Assembly (NCBI GenBank): GCA_963843575.1
Contig: CAWJKZ010000019.1
Span: 352,001-416,000, forward strand
Direction of reading: 5' to 3'
DNA: 64,000 bases
Source: an uncultured Acidobacteriota bacterium
GTDB lineage: Bacteria; Acidobacteriota; UBA6911
The position numbers and the translations under genes are program-made. Each line of letters opens with the position of its first letter. The stretch's first letter is position 1. Below are positions 1-9,905 of this stretch, piece by piece. Under the pieces are notes generated by a model. It saw nothing but the letters and a program-made list of their open reading frames with translations. It had not been told where the DNA came from and made no database searches.

Positions 1-579
1 GTGAACCTGGCCGTGCTCCAGATCATGCCGATCACGCACATGGCGGGCGATACGCTGCCGCTGGGCACGGCGATGAAGCTCGTCTGGGGAGCACACGCAG
101 ACACCGTGGTTCAGGTGGTGGTCATCATCTCTCTGCTGAGCGCAATCAACGCGTATCAGTTGATGTGCTCTCGTGTGCTGTATTCCATGAGTCGCGACGG
201 ACTGATGCTGAGCATGACAGATCGCGTCAACCGGGGCGGCACGCCGACTGCGAGCCTGCTGTTTACTTCGGCGGCGGGAATCGCTCTGATCGCCAGCGGC
301 ACCATCAACCGGTTGATCGCCTACGTGGCATTCTTCTTCGTGTTTCTCTACATACTGGATCTGCTGGCGGTGGTGCTGTTGCGCCGCCGGGAGCCGGAGC
401 GACCGCGACCCTACCGCGTTCCGGGATATCCATGGACAACTCTGACGGCGCTGTGCGCGTCCCTGGCATTTCTTATAGGTGCAATCCTCGGCGACACGCG
501 CAACAGCCTGTCCGCTGTCCTGGTCCTGGCTCTCAGTTATCCAGCGTTCCTGATCGTTCGTGCGGTGCGACGGCGATAA
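1..579 (+). CDS. APC-family amino acid permease, C-terminal part (5' truncated by window)
   Basis: Multiple TM helices; SRVLYSMSRDG, GTP and 'LRRREPERPRPYRVPGYP' motifs typical of APC/LAT-like transporters. Confidence 0.85.
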   Translation: MNLAVLQIMPITHMAGDTLPLGTAMKLVWGAHADTVVQVVVIISLLSAINAYQLMCSRVLYSMSRDGLMLSMTDRVNRGGTPTASLLFTSAAGIALIASGTINRLIAYVAFFFVFLYILDLLAVVLLRRREPERPRPYRVPGYPWTTLTALCASLAFLIGAILGDTRNSLSAVLVLALSYPAFLIVRAVRRR

Positions 580-949
580 CGGGGAACCACGGGAAGGTCG
601 TGGTTGACCCGTACCATACGGAATTCTGCTTTCTCTTGGCCTCGGGATACCGGGCGCCGTTACGATCTGATGCGACTACGTTGAATTAGGCGAAGCGGAG
701 TGTGGAGGTCCGCCGCCCAGGTGAGATCTCCGCGATGAGGCTAGGCATCACTTGGCCAGGCAGGGCTCGAGCTGGTCAGAACCGCCGCCGCTCGATGGGC
801 GACGCTATCGCCGGCAATCGCGCGATTTTGAAGGCTTCCGGGCCATGGCCAAGTGAGCGGCGACCGCTTGCCGTTTCGGGAGAATTTGGCTTCCGCGGGA
901 CCTGTTTCGCGGGTATTGTGGAAGCGAAAATCGTAGCCGGAGAGGATAC

Positions 950-2056
950 ATGAGCAGGCCCATCGAACGAATTTCCATAAACACTGGCGGCGGCGACGCT
1001 CCGGGGCTGAACGCGGTTATCCAGTCCACGGTCTACGCTGCCGGCCGCCTCGGTTGGAAGGTCTTCGGCATCCGTGAAGGCTATGACGGATTCCTGTTTC
1101 CCGAGCGCTACCCGGATGGCGGACTGGTGGAGCTGGACGCGTCCAAGGTCGAGGGCATCGGCCACCTGGGCGGAACCATCCTGGGGAGCACCAACCGGGG
1201 AAACCCGTTCAGGGCCCTCGAAAAGACGGCGGACGGCAGCGTGCGCGAGGTGGACAGGTCCAGCGAAGTCCTGGAGGCCTTCCGCAGGCACCGGATCGAC
1301 GCGCACATCGCTGTGGGCGGCGACGGGAGCCTCACGATCGCCCTCGAGCTGCACCGCAAGGGACTCCATCTGATCGGCGTTCCCAAGACGATCGACAACG
1401 ACCTGCAGGCCACCGCCTCCACGTTCGGGTTCAGCTCGGCGGTGTCCTTCGCTACGGAATGCCTCGACCGGCTGCACACGACCGCGCAGGCACATCGCAG
1501 GGTGATGGTGGTGGAGGTCATGGGGCGCTACGCCGGGTGGATTGCGCTGCACAGCGGCATCGCCGGCGAAGCGGACGCGATCCTCATCCCCGAGATCCCA
1601 TATGACCTCGGCAAGGTGACCACTCACCTGAAGAGAAAGATCTGCCCGGTCCAGCAGTATGCGATCGTGGTCGTTGCGGAGGGGGCAAAGCCCGCGGGCG
1701 GAGCTGTGACCGTGAAGAGCCGCGAACCCGGGAGAGTGGAAAGGCTGGGCGGCGTCGGCGAGATCGTGGCCCACGAATTGAGCCGGCAGGGAGGATTTGA
1801 AACGCGCGCCGTGGTGCTGGGCCACCTGCTGCGAGGCGGGTCACCCAATGCCTCGGATCGAATTCTCGGGCTGAGTTTCGGAGCGGCGGCTGTGCACGCG
1901 CTCAAAGAAGGGCAGGATGGCATCATGGTCGCACTGAACCCGCCCCGGATCGATTTCGTCCCCCTGGAGGAGGCGGTCAGCAGCATCCGCACCGTGCCGC
2001 CGAACGGCGAACTCGTGACCGCCGCGCGGGCGCTGGACATCAGCTTCGGCGACTGA
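950..2056 (+). CDS. pfkA: 6-phosphofructokinase (group III / mixed-substrate type)
   Basis: GGGDAPGLN, GGTILGS, GGDG, PKTIDND, VEVMGR, LGHLLRGG motifs; GAGG RBS upstream. Confidence 0.95.
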   Translation: MSRPIERISINTGGGDAPGLNAVIQSTVYAAGRLGWKVFGIREGYDGFLFPERYPDGGLVELDASKVEGIGHLGGTILGSTNRGNPFRALEKTADGSVREVDRSSEVLEAFRRHRIDAHIAVGGDGSLTIALELHRKGLHLIGVPKTIDNDLQATASTFGFSSAVSFATECLDRLHTTAQAHRRVMVVEVMGRYAGWIALHSGIAGEADAILIPEIPYDLGKVTTHLKRKICPVQQYAIVVVAEGAKPAGGAVTVKSREPGRVERLGGVGEIVAHELSRQGGFETRAVVLGHLLRGGSPNASDRILGLSFGAAAVHALKEGQDGIMVALNPPRIDFVPLEEAVSSIRTVPPNGELVTAARALDISFGD

Positions 2057-2248
2057 AGGACTGTGAAGCCTCCGCAACTCCGGAAACACCTGCGCCCCGA
2101 CACCGGCGACATGCCCGAAGCCGTTCTGGCGGCACAATCCTAGTCCTCGGTGACTGTGTTTTCTCGGACGCGGATGGTGAAACGGTGGGGGGTGTCCCCG
2201 TGCAGGGTTGTGACAGCGTCAGGATTATCAAGTAACTGTGCGGTGGCG

Positions 2249-2283
2249 CGGAGGCCGGGCATCGCGCCCGGCCTCCGGTTTTT
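2249..2283 (+). terminator. Intrinsic terminator downstream of pfk
   Basis: CGGAGGCCGGGC-loop-GCCCGGCCTCCG stem followed by GTTTTT, between convergent genes. Confidence 0.7.
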
Positions 2284-2325
2284 CCCGGGGCGTGGGCGGG
2301 CCGCCCCCGCCCACGAAACCAGGCT

Positions 2326-2904
2326 TTACCGGCTTGTGCGCTCGCTCACCTCGAGCCTGGCGTCGATGCGGACCGGGCGCGAGAGGTTGTAGAAGTTCGG
2401 CGACGTCTTCATGACGTTCTCGTGAATCTCCTGGAATTGCTCGCGCGTGCCGTTGCCCTGGATCCGGACCGTGTAGCGGATGCTGTCGTATCCCGGCTTT
2501 ACGTTCTCGTCGAGCCCGAGGAAACCGCGCAGGTCGAGCGCCCCCTCGGTCTCGATCTCGAGCTTCTCGAGGGTGATGCCGTGCACGGCGGCCCCGGCCA
2601 CGTATCCCACCATGACGCAGGCGTTGAGCGCCGCCATAAGCAGCTCCTGTGGATTCGGGGCGGTGTTCTGGCCCAGCAACTCGAGCGGCTCGTCGGCGTT
2701 TATCCTGAAACTCCGCGGGACTCTCGCCCCGCCGATCGTGTAGGACTCGACCACCGCCTCGCTGCGGGCCTGGCCGCGCCATTCGCTCTTGACCCGGAAT
2801 TCGACCATTCCCTTGGACGGGTCCTGCCCGACGGTTCGGACGACCTCCTGAAGGGCATCCAGGTCCAGGCCGTTCACGCGGTTTGCGGTCTTTACTGCGG
2901 TCAT
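2326..2904 (-). CDS. OsmC-like protein (single-Cys variant)
   Basis: ADEP..LLGQNTAPNPQELLMAALNAC and GxLDLRGFLGL motifs; TSPN where the resolving CP would be. Confidence 0.9.
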   Translation of the reverse strand: MTAVKTANRVNGLDLDALQEVVRTVGQDPSKGMVEFRVKSEWRGQARSEAVVESYTIGGARVPRSFRINADEPLELLGQNTAPNPQELLMAALNACVMVGYVAGAAVHGITLEKLEIETEGALDLRGFLGLDENVKPGYDSIRYTVRIQGNGTREQFQEIHENVMKTSPNFYNLSRPVRIDARLEVSERTSR

Positions 2905-3001
2905 GTCGTTTCTCCGTGAAGTAGGTGTTTTGGGTCTACCACTAGCGACGCACTGCCTTCGGGCCGTGCGCGCATCGGGGAATCGGGAACTCGGCGATTC
3001 C

Positions 3002-3913
3002 TCAACAGAAGGCCGGCGACAACTCTTCCACCTTCGCTCGCGCCGAGGGGTGGAGGTCTTCCAGGGTCGCCAGGAAGTTCCGGTGTGTCATGCCGGAGCC
3101 CAGATAAGTCCACCGGATGGCTTGTTTCTGGACGTCGGTGAACTCCTCGCGCTCGCCGTCGCTGAGCGTGCGTCCGGCGGCCCGCTCGAGACCTTCCAGG
3201 TCGAACCGGACCTGCTGCATGAGGCCGCCGTCGAGCAGAGCTCCGATTTCGAGATACTCGTCGAGCGCCGTTTCGACCTCGGTGTCGCCGCACGTTCCGC
3301 GGAGCGCCTCGATCATCAGCGTGTCCAGCTTGGCGTGCTGCGCCTCTTCCATCCAGTGGTGTTTCAGGAGGCTCTTGAATTGGGGGTCGAGGTTGTCGTT
3401 GGTCTGCACGCTGTCCAGATAGTGGCGCTGCGTCATCCACTCGATGTGGGCGATGGTGAGCGCCACGGCCAGCGGGTGGTGCGCCAGCACCGCCTGCGCT
3501 ATCTCGCGCGGCGGGCCGATCACCTGGCACTCGTTGCCGAAACCAGCCAGGAATTCCTGCCGGAAGCACTTGAAGAGGTGGATGTGTTTGGCCTCCTCCC
3601 CGGCGAAGCGCAGCAACGCCCGCACCCTGTAGTCGTCGCCGTTCAGCTCGGGACGGGTGTGATCCAGCACGAACGGCAGGATGAATTCCTCGACCAGACC
3701 GAATGTGTACAGGTAACCGTGTCCCCGGATCTGGTTCAGGATCAGTTTCTCGGTGGCGCTCAGGAACGAAAGCGGCTCCACGCGTGCCAAGGACTCGGGC
3801 AGGAAAGGTTTCGTGAAATCGAGGGTCCTCCCCCCCCCGATGAGGTCTTCCACGCGCCAGTTAACCTTCTCCGAGGCGGCCAGCGCACCCTGGTAAGTGA
3901 ATTGGTGATTCAT
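3002..3913 (-). CDS. Ferritin-like diiron protein (AurF-like oxygenase fold)
   Basis: E..EEAKH..E..EEAQH paired ExxH motifs; AAGGAG RBS before ATG at 3913. Confidence 0.8.
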   Translation of the reverse strand: MNHQFTYQGALAASEKVNWRVEDLIGGGRTLDFTKPFLPESLARVEPLSFLSATEKLILNQIRGHGYLYTFGLVEEFILPFVLDHTRPELNGDDYRVRALLRFAGEEAKHIHLFKCFRQEFLAGFGNECQVIGPPREIAQAVLAHHPLAVALTIAHIEWMTQRHYLDSVQTNDNLDPQFKSLLKHHWMEEAQHAKLDTLMIEALRGTCGDTEVETALDEYLEIGALLDGGLMQQVRFDLEGLERAAGRTLSDGEREEFTDVQKQAIRWTYLGSGMTHRNFLATLEDLHPSARAKVEELSPAFC

Positions 3914-3957
3914 TTCGCCCCTCCTTTTTCGCGTTCGGCCTCTCTTGGCCTCTGACA

Positions 3958-4031
3958 CTGGAAATCTTGTGGCAGGACCGTGTGAACCTGCGTTTGAAGC
4001 TCAGTGGAAATTGATCTAAAATTCGTGTGAA
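3958..4031. promoter_or_regulatory. Phased direct repeats, candidate SARP-type operator in divergent promoter
   Basis: CGTGTGAA (3979), CGTTTGAA (3991), CAGTGGAA (4002), CGTGTGAA (4024): spacing 12/11/22 bp. Confidence 0.45.
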
Positions 4032-4069
4032 TTCCCCCTCCCGAGAATTCCGCCGAAACTGGAAAAGCC

Positions 4070-7000
4070 ATGCCGGAACCCGCACAGCTGTCCGTACGAC
4101 TGCTGGGAGAGCTCGAGATCGCGCGCGGCTCCCGGCGCGTCCAACTGCCGCAGTCAAAGAAGACGCGGGCCTTGCTCGGGTACCTGGTGGCTACGAGGCG
4201 GCCGCACCGGCGCGAACGACTATGCGAGCTGCTCTGGGACGTGACGGACGACCCGCGGGGGGCGCTGCGCTGGAGCCTGAGCCGGTTGCGCACCCTGGTG
4301 AATGAACCCGGCAGATGCAGGATCCTGGCGGATCGCAACAGCGTCGCATTCCAGCCCGAAGACGCGGCGATCGACCTTTCCGAGCTGCGCGAATCGCTGG
4401 CGGGCGGGATCGACGACAGACCCGTGCAGGAGCTGGAAAGGCTTGCCGCCATGTTCCGCGGGGAGTTCCTCGAGGGGCTCGACCTGGCGGACTTTCACCA
4501 TTTCCACTCCTGGTGCATCGCGGAGCGCGAACAGGCACGGACGGCACACGCCGCGGTGCTCGGCGCGCTGATAGGGCGTCTCTCGTCCAGGCCGCAGGAC
4601 GCCCTACCACACGCACGCGTGCTCGCGCGCATCGACCCGCTCAGCGAGAGGGCGCACGCGGACCTGGTCCGGCTGCTCGCCGCAGCAGGGAAGCGTGCGG
4701 AGGCGGAGCAGCAACAGGCCGCCTCCGCCCGGCTCTTGAAGGAGATGGGGGTGGCCCCCTCCGGGGAGCTCGAGGAGGCGCGCAGGCTGCTCGTCGTGCG
4801 GGTCCCGGCCACGCGCGCGGAACGGGTCTCGTCCGCAGCGGCGGCCGAGCCATCGGAGCCGGAGGAATCCATCGGGCCGTCGTCGTTCCATGCAGCAGAG
4901 CTTGTCGGTCGTGGGACTGAGCGTGAGCGCCTCCTCTCGGCGCTTGCCGACGTCAGCGCGCGACGCCGCGAGCGCATTCTCCTGGTGACGGGCGAGCCCG
5001 GGATCGGCAAGACCCGGCTGGCCGGCGAACTCGTGGCGGAAGTCCACCGCTTGGGCGGCACCGTGCTGGACGGCCGTGCCTATGAGGCGGAGAAGACCAG
5101 GCCGTACGGTCCGTGGACCGAGGCGCTGGGGTGCCTGCCGGCCTCCAGCATCGGGAGCACGCTCGGCGCGGATCTGGCGGCGTTGCTGCCGGACCTGCCC
5201 TACCACGACGGGGACCAACGCGGCCGCGACCGGACGTTCGCGGCCGTGGTTGAGCTCGTTGCGGCCCGCGCCCACAGCGCCCCGCCGGTGCTCCTCTTCC
5301 TGGACGACCTGCAGTGGTGCGACGAGGCGTCCGCGGCGCTGCTGCACTACGTGGTGCGGATGAGCCGCCATCGCGCGGTGCTCGTGGCCCTGGGGGCGCG
5401 CGAGGGGGAGTTGCCGGACAACGGTCCCGTGCAGCGGCTCCTGCTCAGCCTGCGCCGCGACGGGCTGCTCGATGAGGTCCGGCTGCTGCCGTTGAGCCGC
5501 GACGACACTTCCCGGCTGGCGCGCTCGCTGGCCCCGGACGCGGATGGGGAGTTCGTCCACAGCCTCAGCGCGGGCAACCCGCTGCTGGCCCTGGAAGCCG
5601 CCCGCTGTCTCCCACGCCGCCGGGACACGCTGCCGCCGACGCTCTCGAACCTGGTGAGGGAGCGCATCGGAGGCCTGCCGGCGGGAACCCTGGACGTGCT
5701 GCGCTGGTGCGCAGTGCTGGGCCAGACCTTCAGCCTCGCCGTCGTCGCCGAGCTGGCCCGCGCGGGCGCCGACGATCTGGTTTCGGCGCTCGAAACCCTC
5801 GAGCGCCGCGCCCTGCTGATCGGGACAGCGAAGCCGGCGCCGCGCGGCCCGGAGTACGCCTTCGCGCACGGCATCGTCCGGCAGGTGGTCTACGCCGACC
5901 TGTCCGAGCCGCGGCGGCGGCTCATGCACCTTCAGGTGGCCCGGTGCCTGAACGGCATGCCCGACAGGTGCGAGGGGCTGGCCGAGGAGATCGCCCGCCA
6001 CGCGGCCCTGGGCGGGGACGCGGCGATGGCGGCAAAGGCGTGCGTCGCGGCCGCCCGGCGCTGCCTGCGCGTCTTCGCCAATACCGAGGCCGAAACCTTC
6101 GCCCGCCGCGGCATCCACTACGCGGAGCAGCTCGGCGGGGCCGAACGCCTGCAGCGCCTGCTCGAGCTGGTACACGTGCGGATCGTCGCGCGACGGCCCG
6201 AAGCGGGCGACGACGCCATAAGGGAGATCGAACAGCTCGCCGAACTCGCCCTGGACCACAGCTGCGCCGAACACGCGCGCCTCGGCTTTCACATCCTCGG
6301 GTACCTGCACTGGGAACGGGGGGAGTGGCGCGACGCCGAACGCCACATGCTGCGCGCGGAACAGATCAGCCGGTCGTCCGGCGACAGGGAGCGGGTGATC
6401 GCCATGGCCGAAGCGGCGCGCTGCCTGACGCTGCTCGAGCGCGACCTCGGCAGGGCGGAGTCCCTGGTGCTGCAGGCCGGCGCACTCTCGGCCACGCTCG
6501 ACGTGAGGCCTGCCGCCATCCCCGACGCGGAGGGAATGCTGCGCCTGCACGAGGGCGTGCTCGACGAGGCGGCGTCGCTGTTCGAGCAGGCGCGCCTGCT
6601 GGCCCGCGCCGACGGAAACCGACTCGATGAGTTCCACGCGCTCGAACACCTGGTCATGGTCGAGCTTCAGCGCCAGGACTACGCCCTCGCTCTGCAGCTG
6701 GGCGAGGAGCTCATCAGGCTGGGCGCCAGGCTGCGCGAAGGGAGCGAAGCACCTTTCGCCCGGGCCCTCGCGGCCCTGTCGGGGCGTGCACTCGGTTGCG
6801 CGGGCGCCCGCGAGAACCTGGAACAGGCACTCGGGGAGTTGCGCGCCTCCGACGCGAAACACCGGCTCGCCTACGTGCTGACCCGCGCCGCCGCCGGCGA
6901 CCTCTCGGCAGGCGAGCCCTGGCTCGCCCGCCGGCGCGCCTCCGAAGCCCTGCCGATCGCGCGCGCCCTCAAGCGCCCCAGCGAAATCGCCCTCGCCCTC

Positions 7001-7135
7001 GTCGTGCTCGTGCAGGCCGCTTCCGCCCTGAAGGATGGCAAGGGGCGGGCGCGGTTCGTCGCCGAACTGCGGCGGCAACCCCTGCTCGGGGTCTCCCACG
7101 CCGTGCGCGGGGCCGTGGAGGCTCTGCCCCGCTGA
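4070..7135 (+). CDS. SARP/BTAD + AAA ATPase + TPR-like transcriptional regulator
   Basis: N-terminal wHTH/BTAD (LLGEL..K.RALL.YL..RERLCELLW..LRWSLSRLR), Walker A GEPGIGKT, Walker B LFLDDLQW, AGNPL, helical C-terminus. Confidence 0.9.
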   Translation: MPEPAQLSVRLLGELEIARGSRRVQLPQSKKTRALLGYLVATRRPHRRERLCELLWDVTDDPRGALRWSLSRLRTLVNEPGRCRILADRNSVAFQPEDAAIDLSELRESLAGGIDDRPVQELERLAAMFRGEFLEGLDLADFHHFHSWCIAEREQARTAHAAVLGALIGRLSSRPQDALPHARVLARIDPLSERAHADLVRLLAAAGKRAEAEQQQAASARLLKEMGVAPSGELEEARRLLVVRVPATRAERVSSAAAAEPSEPEESIGPSSFHAAELVGRGTERERLLSALADVSARRRERILLVTGEPGIGKTRLAGELVAEVHRLGGTVLDGRAYEAEKTRPYGPWTEALGCLPASSIGSTLGADLAALLPDLPYHDGDQRGRDRTFAAVVELVAARAHSAPPVLLFLDDLQWCDEASAALLHYVVRMSRHRAVLVALGAREGELPDNGPVQRLLLSLRRDGLLDEVRLLPLSRDDTSRLARSLAPDADGEFVHSLSAGNPLLALEAARCLPRRRDTLPPTLSNLVRERIGGLPAGTLDVLRWCAVLGQTFSLAVVAELARAGADDLVSALETLERRALLIGTAKPAPRGPEYAFAHGIVRQVVYADLSEPRRRLMHLQVARCLNGMPDRCEGLAEEIARHAALGGDAAMAAKACVAAARRCLRVFANTEAETFARRGIHYAEQLGGAERLQRLLELVHVRIVARRPEAGDDAIREIEQLAELALDHSCAEHARLGFHILGYLHWERGEWRDAERHMLRAEQISRSSGDRERVIAMAEAARCLTLLERDLGRAESLVLQAGALSATLDVRPAAIPDAEGMLRLHEGVLDEAASLFEQARLLARADGNRLDEFHALEHLVMVELQRQDYALALQLGEELIRLGARLREGSEAPFARALAALSGRALGCAGARENLEQALGELRASDAKHRLAYVLTRAAAGDLSAGEPWLARRRASEALPIARALKRPSEIALALVVLVQAASALKDGKGRARFVAELRRQPLLGVSHAVRGAVEALPR

Positions 7136-7143
7136 GTGGGTCA

Positions 7144-7247
7144 GTGGGTCCGGGCTTCAGCCCGGACGTCTTTAGAACCGTGCCATACAGTAAAGCTTGC
7201 GCCGCATAGCGACCGCAAACGGCGTCCGGGCTGAAGCCCGGACCCAC
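7144..7247. repeat. REP doublet, family A (GTGGGTCCGGGCTTCAGCCCGGAC)
   Basis: Two inverted copies 7144-7166 and 7223-7247; same unit recurs at 46.5 kb. Confidence 0.85.
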
Positions 7248-7304
7248 TTGTGTTTTAGAGTAGCTCTTTATATAATAAAGTACTTTGCCAATATAGGAGC
7301 CCAT

Positions 7305-8549
7305 ATGACCAAACGCATCGCTGCCATCGCGTTCATCTTCGTCTGCACCTCCGCGGCCTGGGGGATTCTCGGCGCTACGATGTTCGCACGCACGTACTCG
7401 TCGGATTCATCCCTGCGGGGAAGGGTGCAGTCCTCCTGGGGCGCACCCCAGGTCCAGCGCCCGCCCGTCGCCTCCTGGACGGATTGCATCCGCAAGACGG
7501 TGGAAAAGGTCGAAGACGGCAAGAAGGTCGTCAGCACGACTGCCGAGAGCGTTTCGCGCCGCCTGCCGCTCGAAGCGAGCGACATCACGGCAGACCTGCA
7601 CCTCGACTACAGGCAGAAGGGCCTCCTCTGGTACAGCACCTACCAGGTAGGCTTTTCCGGTTCGTACACCTTCCGCAACGACACCGCGGCGCGGCAGTGG
7701 GTGACTTTCACCCTCGAACTCCCGGCGGCGCAGACGATCTACGACAACCTGGAGATGTCTGTCGGGGACCAGCTGCTGGAGATCTCCAACAGTGGCGGCA
7801 AGGCGTACGCCCGGGCGTATCTGCCGCCGTCGGGTTCCGACGTTCTCCGCGTCCGGTACCGGTCGCAGGGCGTCGATAGCTGGGCCTACAACTTCGGATC
7901 CGAGATCTCGCAGGTGCGCAATTTCCGGCTCCGGGTCCTCACCGATTTCAGGGGAATGGATTTTGCCGAGAACACGCTTTCGCCTACCGGGAAACGCGAG
8001 ACCCCGGCCGGCTGGGACCTGACCTGGGCCTACACAAATCTCCTCTCCGGCTACCAGATCGGGATCCGCATGCCCGAAAAGCTGCAACCTGGCCCGCTGG
8101 CCGGGCGCATCAGCCTCTTCGCGCCGGTGTCGCTGCTGTTCTTCTTCTTCCTGCTGTTCGTGATCGCCACGCTGCGTCGGGTCGACCTCCACCCGATGAA
8201 CTATTTCTTCCTGGCGGCGGCGTTCTTCTCGTTCCACCTGCTGCTCGCATACCTGGTCGACCACGTCTCCATTCACGCGGCCTTCGTGATCTCGGCCGCA
8301 ACCTCGATCGTCCTCGTGGTCAGCTACCTGAGGCTGGTGGTCGGGTTGCGCTTCGCCCTGGTCGAGGCGGGCCTGATGCAGATCTGCTACCTGGTGCTCT
8401 TTTCCTACGCCTTCTTCTTCGAGGGCTACACCGGGCTGGCGATCACGATCGGGGCGGTGATGACGCTCTTCGTCGTGATGCAATTGACCGGCAGAATCCG
8501 CTGGTCCGAGAGATTCTCGAGCCCGCGGCCGGGGCTGGAGCGCGCCTGA
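7305..8549 (+). CDS. CreD-like inner membrane protein
   Basis: N-terminal TM, periplasmic domain, 'LHPMNY..LAAAFFSFHLLLAYL.DH' and six C-terminal TMs; AGGAG RBS. Confidence 0.75.
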   Translation: MTKRIAAIAFIFVCTSAAWGILGATMFARTYSSDSSLRGRVQSSWGAPQVQRPPVASWTDCIRKTVEKVEDGKKVVSTTAESVSRRLPLEASDITADLHLDYRQKGLLWYSTYQVGFSGSYTFRNDTAARQWVTFTLELPAAQTIYDNLEMSVGDQLLEISNSGGKAYARAYLPPSGSDVLRVRYRSQGVDSWAYNFGSEISQVRNFRLRVLTDFRGMDFAENTLSPTGKRETPAGWDLTWAYTNLLSGYQIGIRMPEKLQPGPLAGRISLFAPVSLLFFFFLLFVIATLRRVDLHPMNYFFLAAAFFSFHLLLAYLVDHVSIHAAFVISAATSIVLVVSYLRLVVGLRFALVEAGLMQICYLVLFSYAFFFEGYTGLAITIGAVMTLFVVMQLTGRIRWSERFSSPRPGLERA

Positions 8550-8690
8550 GCGGCCCGGCCCTCGTGTCGCCACCTTTTCCCCGGGGCGCGCGGAAGCGCG
8601 CCAGCCGGGGTGGCGGCAGAAGGAGGGCATATTCGCGGGCGGCAGGCCGTGGTAGACTCGGTTCCCGGTCAAGGTGCAAAGGAGTGCGTT

Positions 8691-9818
8691 ATGGCAACTG
8701 CATCCGTGGCTGCCGCCCAGAAGGTCACCGCCGCAGCCCCCGGGCTCCCTCTCGGCAACCCGCTCTCTCACCGGCTCACGTCCCTCGATGCCTATCGCGG
8801 CTTCATCATGCTGCTCCTGGTCTCCAGCGGTTTCGGCTTTGGGTCGCTGGAGGCTTATCCGGGCCTTGCCTGGCTCGCGAGACAGGTGGATCACGCGGAA
8901 TGGACGGGGTGCACGTTCTGGGACCTCATCCAGCCCGCGTTCACGTTCATGGTCGGGATGGCGATGCCTTTCTCCCTCGGGCGCCGGAAAGCCGCAGGCG
9001 CAACCTCCGGGGAATTGCTGCGGCACGTCCTCTGGCGCGCGTTCGTCCTGATCCTGCTGAGCAACATCCTCTCGAACTTCAACTCGAGGGGAGTGCCGCG
9101 GCTTCAGCTGATCAACGTGCTCTGCCAGGTCGCCTTCGGCTACGTCATCTGCTTCGCCGTGTACCAGCTCAGGTTCCTTTGGCAGGCGGTGACCGCGGCC
9201 GGTCTGTTGGTGGGCTATTGGGCGCTCTTCGCCGCGTTCCCCGGTCCCGAGGGGGCGTTCTCGCAGACGGGGAACATCGGCCAGGTCATCGATCAGGCGG
9301 TGCTGGGGTACAACTACTCGGGCTATTACACGACCATCAACTTCATCGGCAATTCGATCACGATCATCTTCGGGATGTGGGCGGGAACGCTCGTTCTTCG
9401 CCCCGGCACGCACGCCCACCGGATAAAGGTGCTGGCCCTCTGCGCGCTGGCGGGGTTTGCCCTGGGACTCGCACTCGAGCCCTTCAACCCGATGGTCAAG
9501 CGCCTCTGGACGGCGTCTTTCACCTTCTTCAGCGCGGGATGGGTGCTGGTGATGCTGCTGGCGTTCTACTGGATCGTGGAGGTCAAGCGCATCGACCGGT
9601 GGACGTTCCCGTTCATCGTGCTGGGGACGAACTCGATATTCATCTACTCGTTTTCCCAGGTTCTGCACGGTTGGCTCCAACACGGCATCGGGGTGTTCAC
9701 CCGCAACTTCGAGTTCCTCGGGCCCACGGGAGCCATCCCCCTGAACCTGTTGACGCTCGCGGCGATGTGGTACATGTGCTACTGGCTCTACCGCCGCAGG
9801 ATATTCTTCAAGATCTGA
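8691..9818 (+). CDS. HGSNAT/NagX-like membrane N-acetyltransferase
   Basis: RLTSLDAYRGF, HAEW.G.TFWDLIQPAF.FMVG, K.LWT.SF, G.NSI.IY, LYRRRIFFKI. Confidence 0.85.
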   Translation: MATASVAAAQKVTAAAPGLPLGNPLSHRLTSLDAYRGFIMLLLVSSGFGFGSLEAYPGLAWLARQVDHAEWTGCTFWDLIQPAFTFMVGMAMPFSLGRRKAAGATSGELLRHVLWRAFVLILLSNILSNFNSRGVPRLQLINVLCQVAFGYVICFAVYQLRFLWQAVTAAGLLVGYWALFAAFPGPEGAFSQTGNIGQVIDQAVLGYNYSGYYTTINFIGNSITIIFGMWAGTLVLRPGTHAHRIKVLALCALAGFALGLALEPFNPMVKRLWTASFTFFSAGWVLVMLLAFYWIVEVKRIDRWTFPFIVLGTNSIFIYSFSQVLHGWLQHGIGVFTRNFEFLGPTGAIPLNLLTLAAMWYMCYWLYRRRIFFKI

Positions 9819-9837
9819 TGGAGGGAGGCTTCTGTAG

Positions 9838-9880
9838 AACTCACCTCCAAGGCTCGAAGGACTCCAAGGATCTCAAAGCT
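9838..9880. repeat. Repeat family D half-copy (CACCTCCAAG/CTCGAAG 9-10 bp periodic unit)
   Basis: Resembles 29735-29807 and 53136-53212. Confidence 0.5.
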
Positions 9881-9905
9881 CGGTTGGGCTTGCGAAGGAG
9901 CTCGA

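Noticed and set aside
580-949. Possible ncRNA or riboswitch upstream of pfk
   Set aside because: Only a short hairpin near 585-605; no recognisable RNA family motif
4604-7099. Long antisense or alternate-frame ORFs (also 7407-9683, 16730-19519, 22777-25338, 50888-52891, 53993-56386)
   Set aside because: Shadow ORFs of high-GC3 genes; no recognisable motifs
4070-7135. Avs/STAND antiphage defence protein
   Set aside because: N-terminus is a DNA-binding wHTH/BTAD rather than a nuclease or other effector
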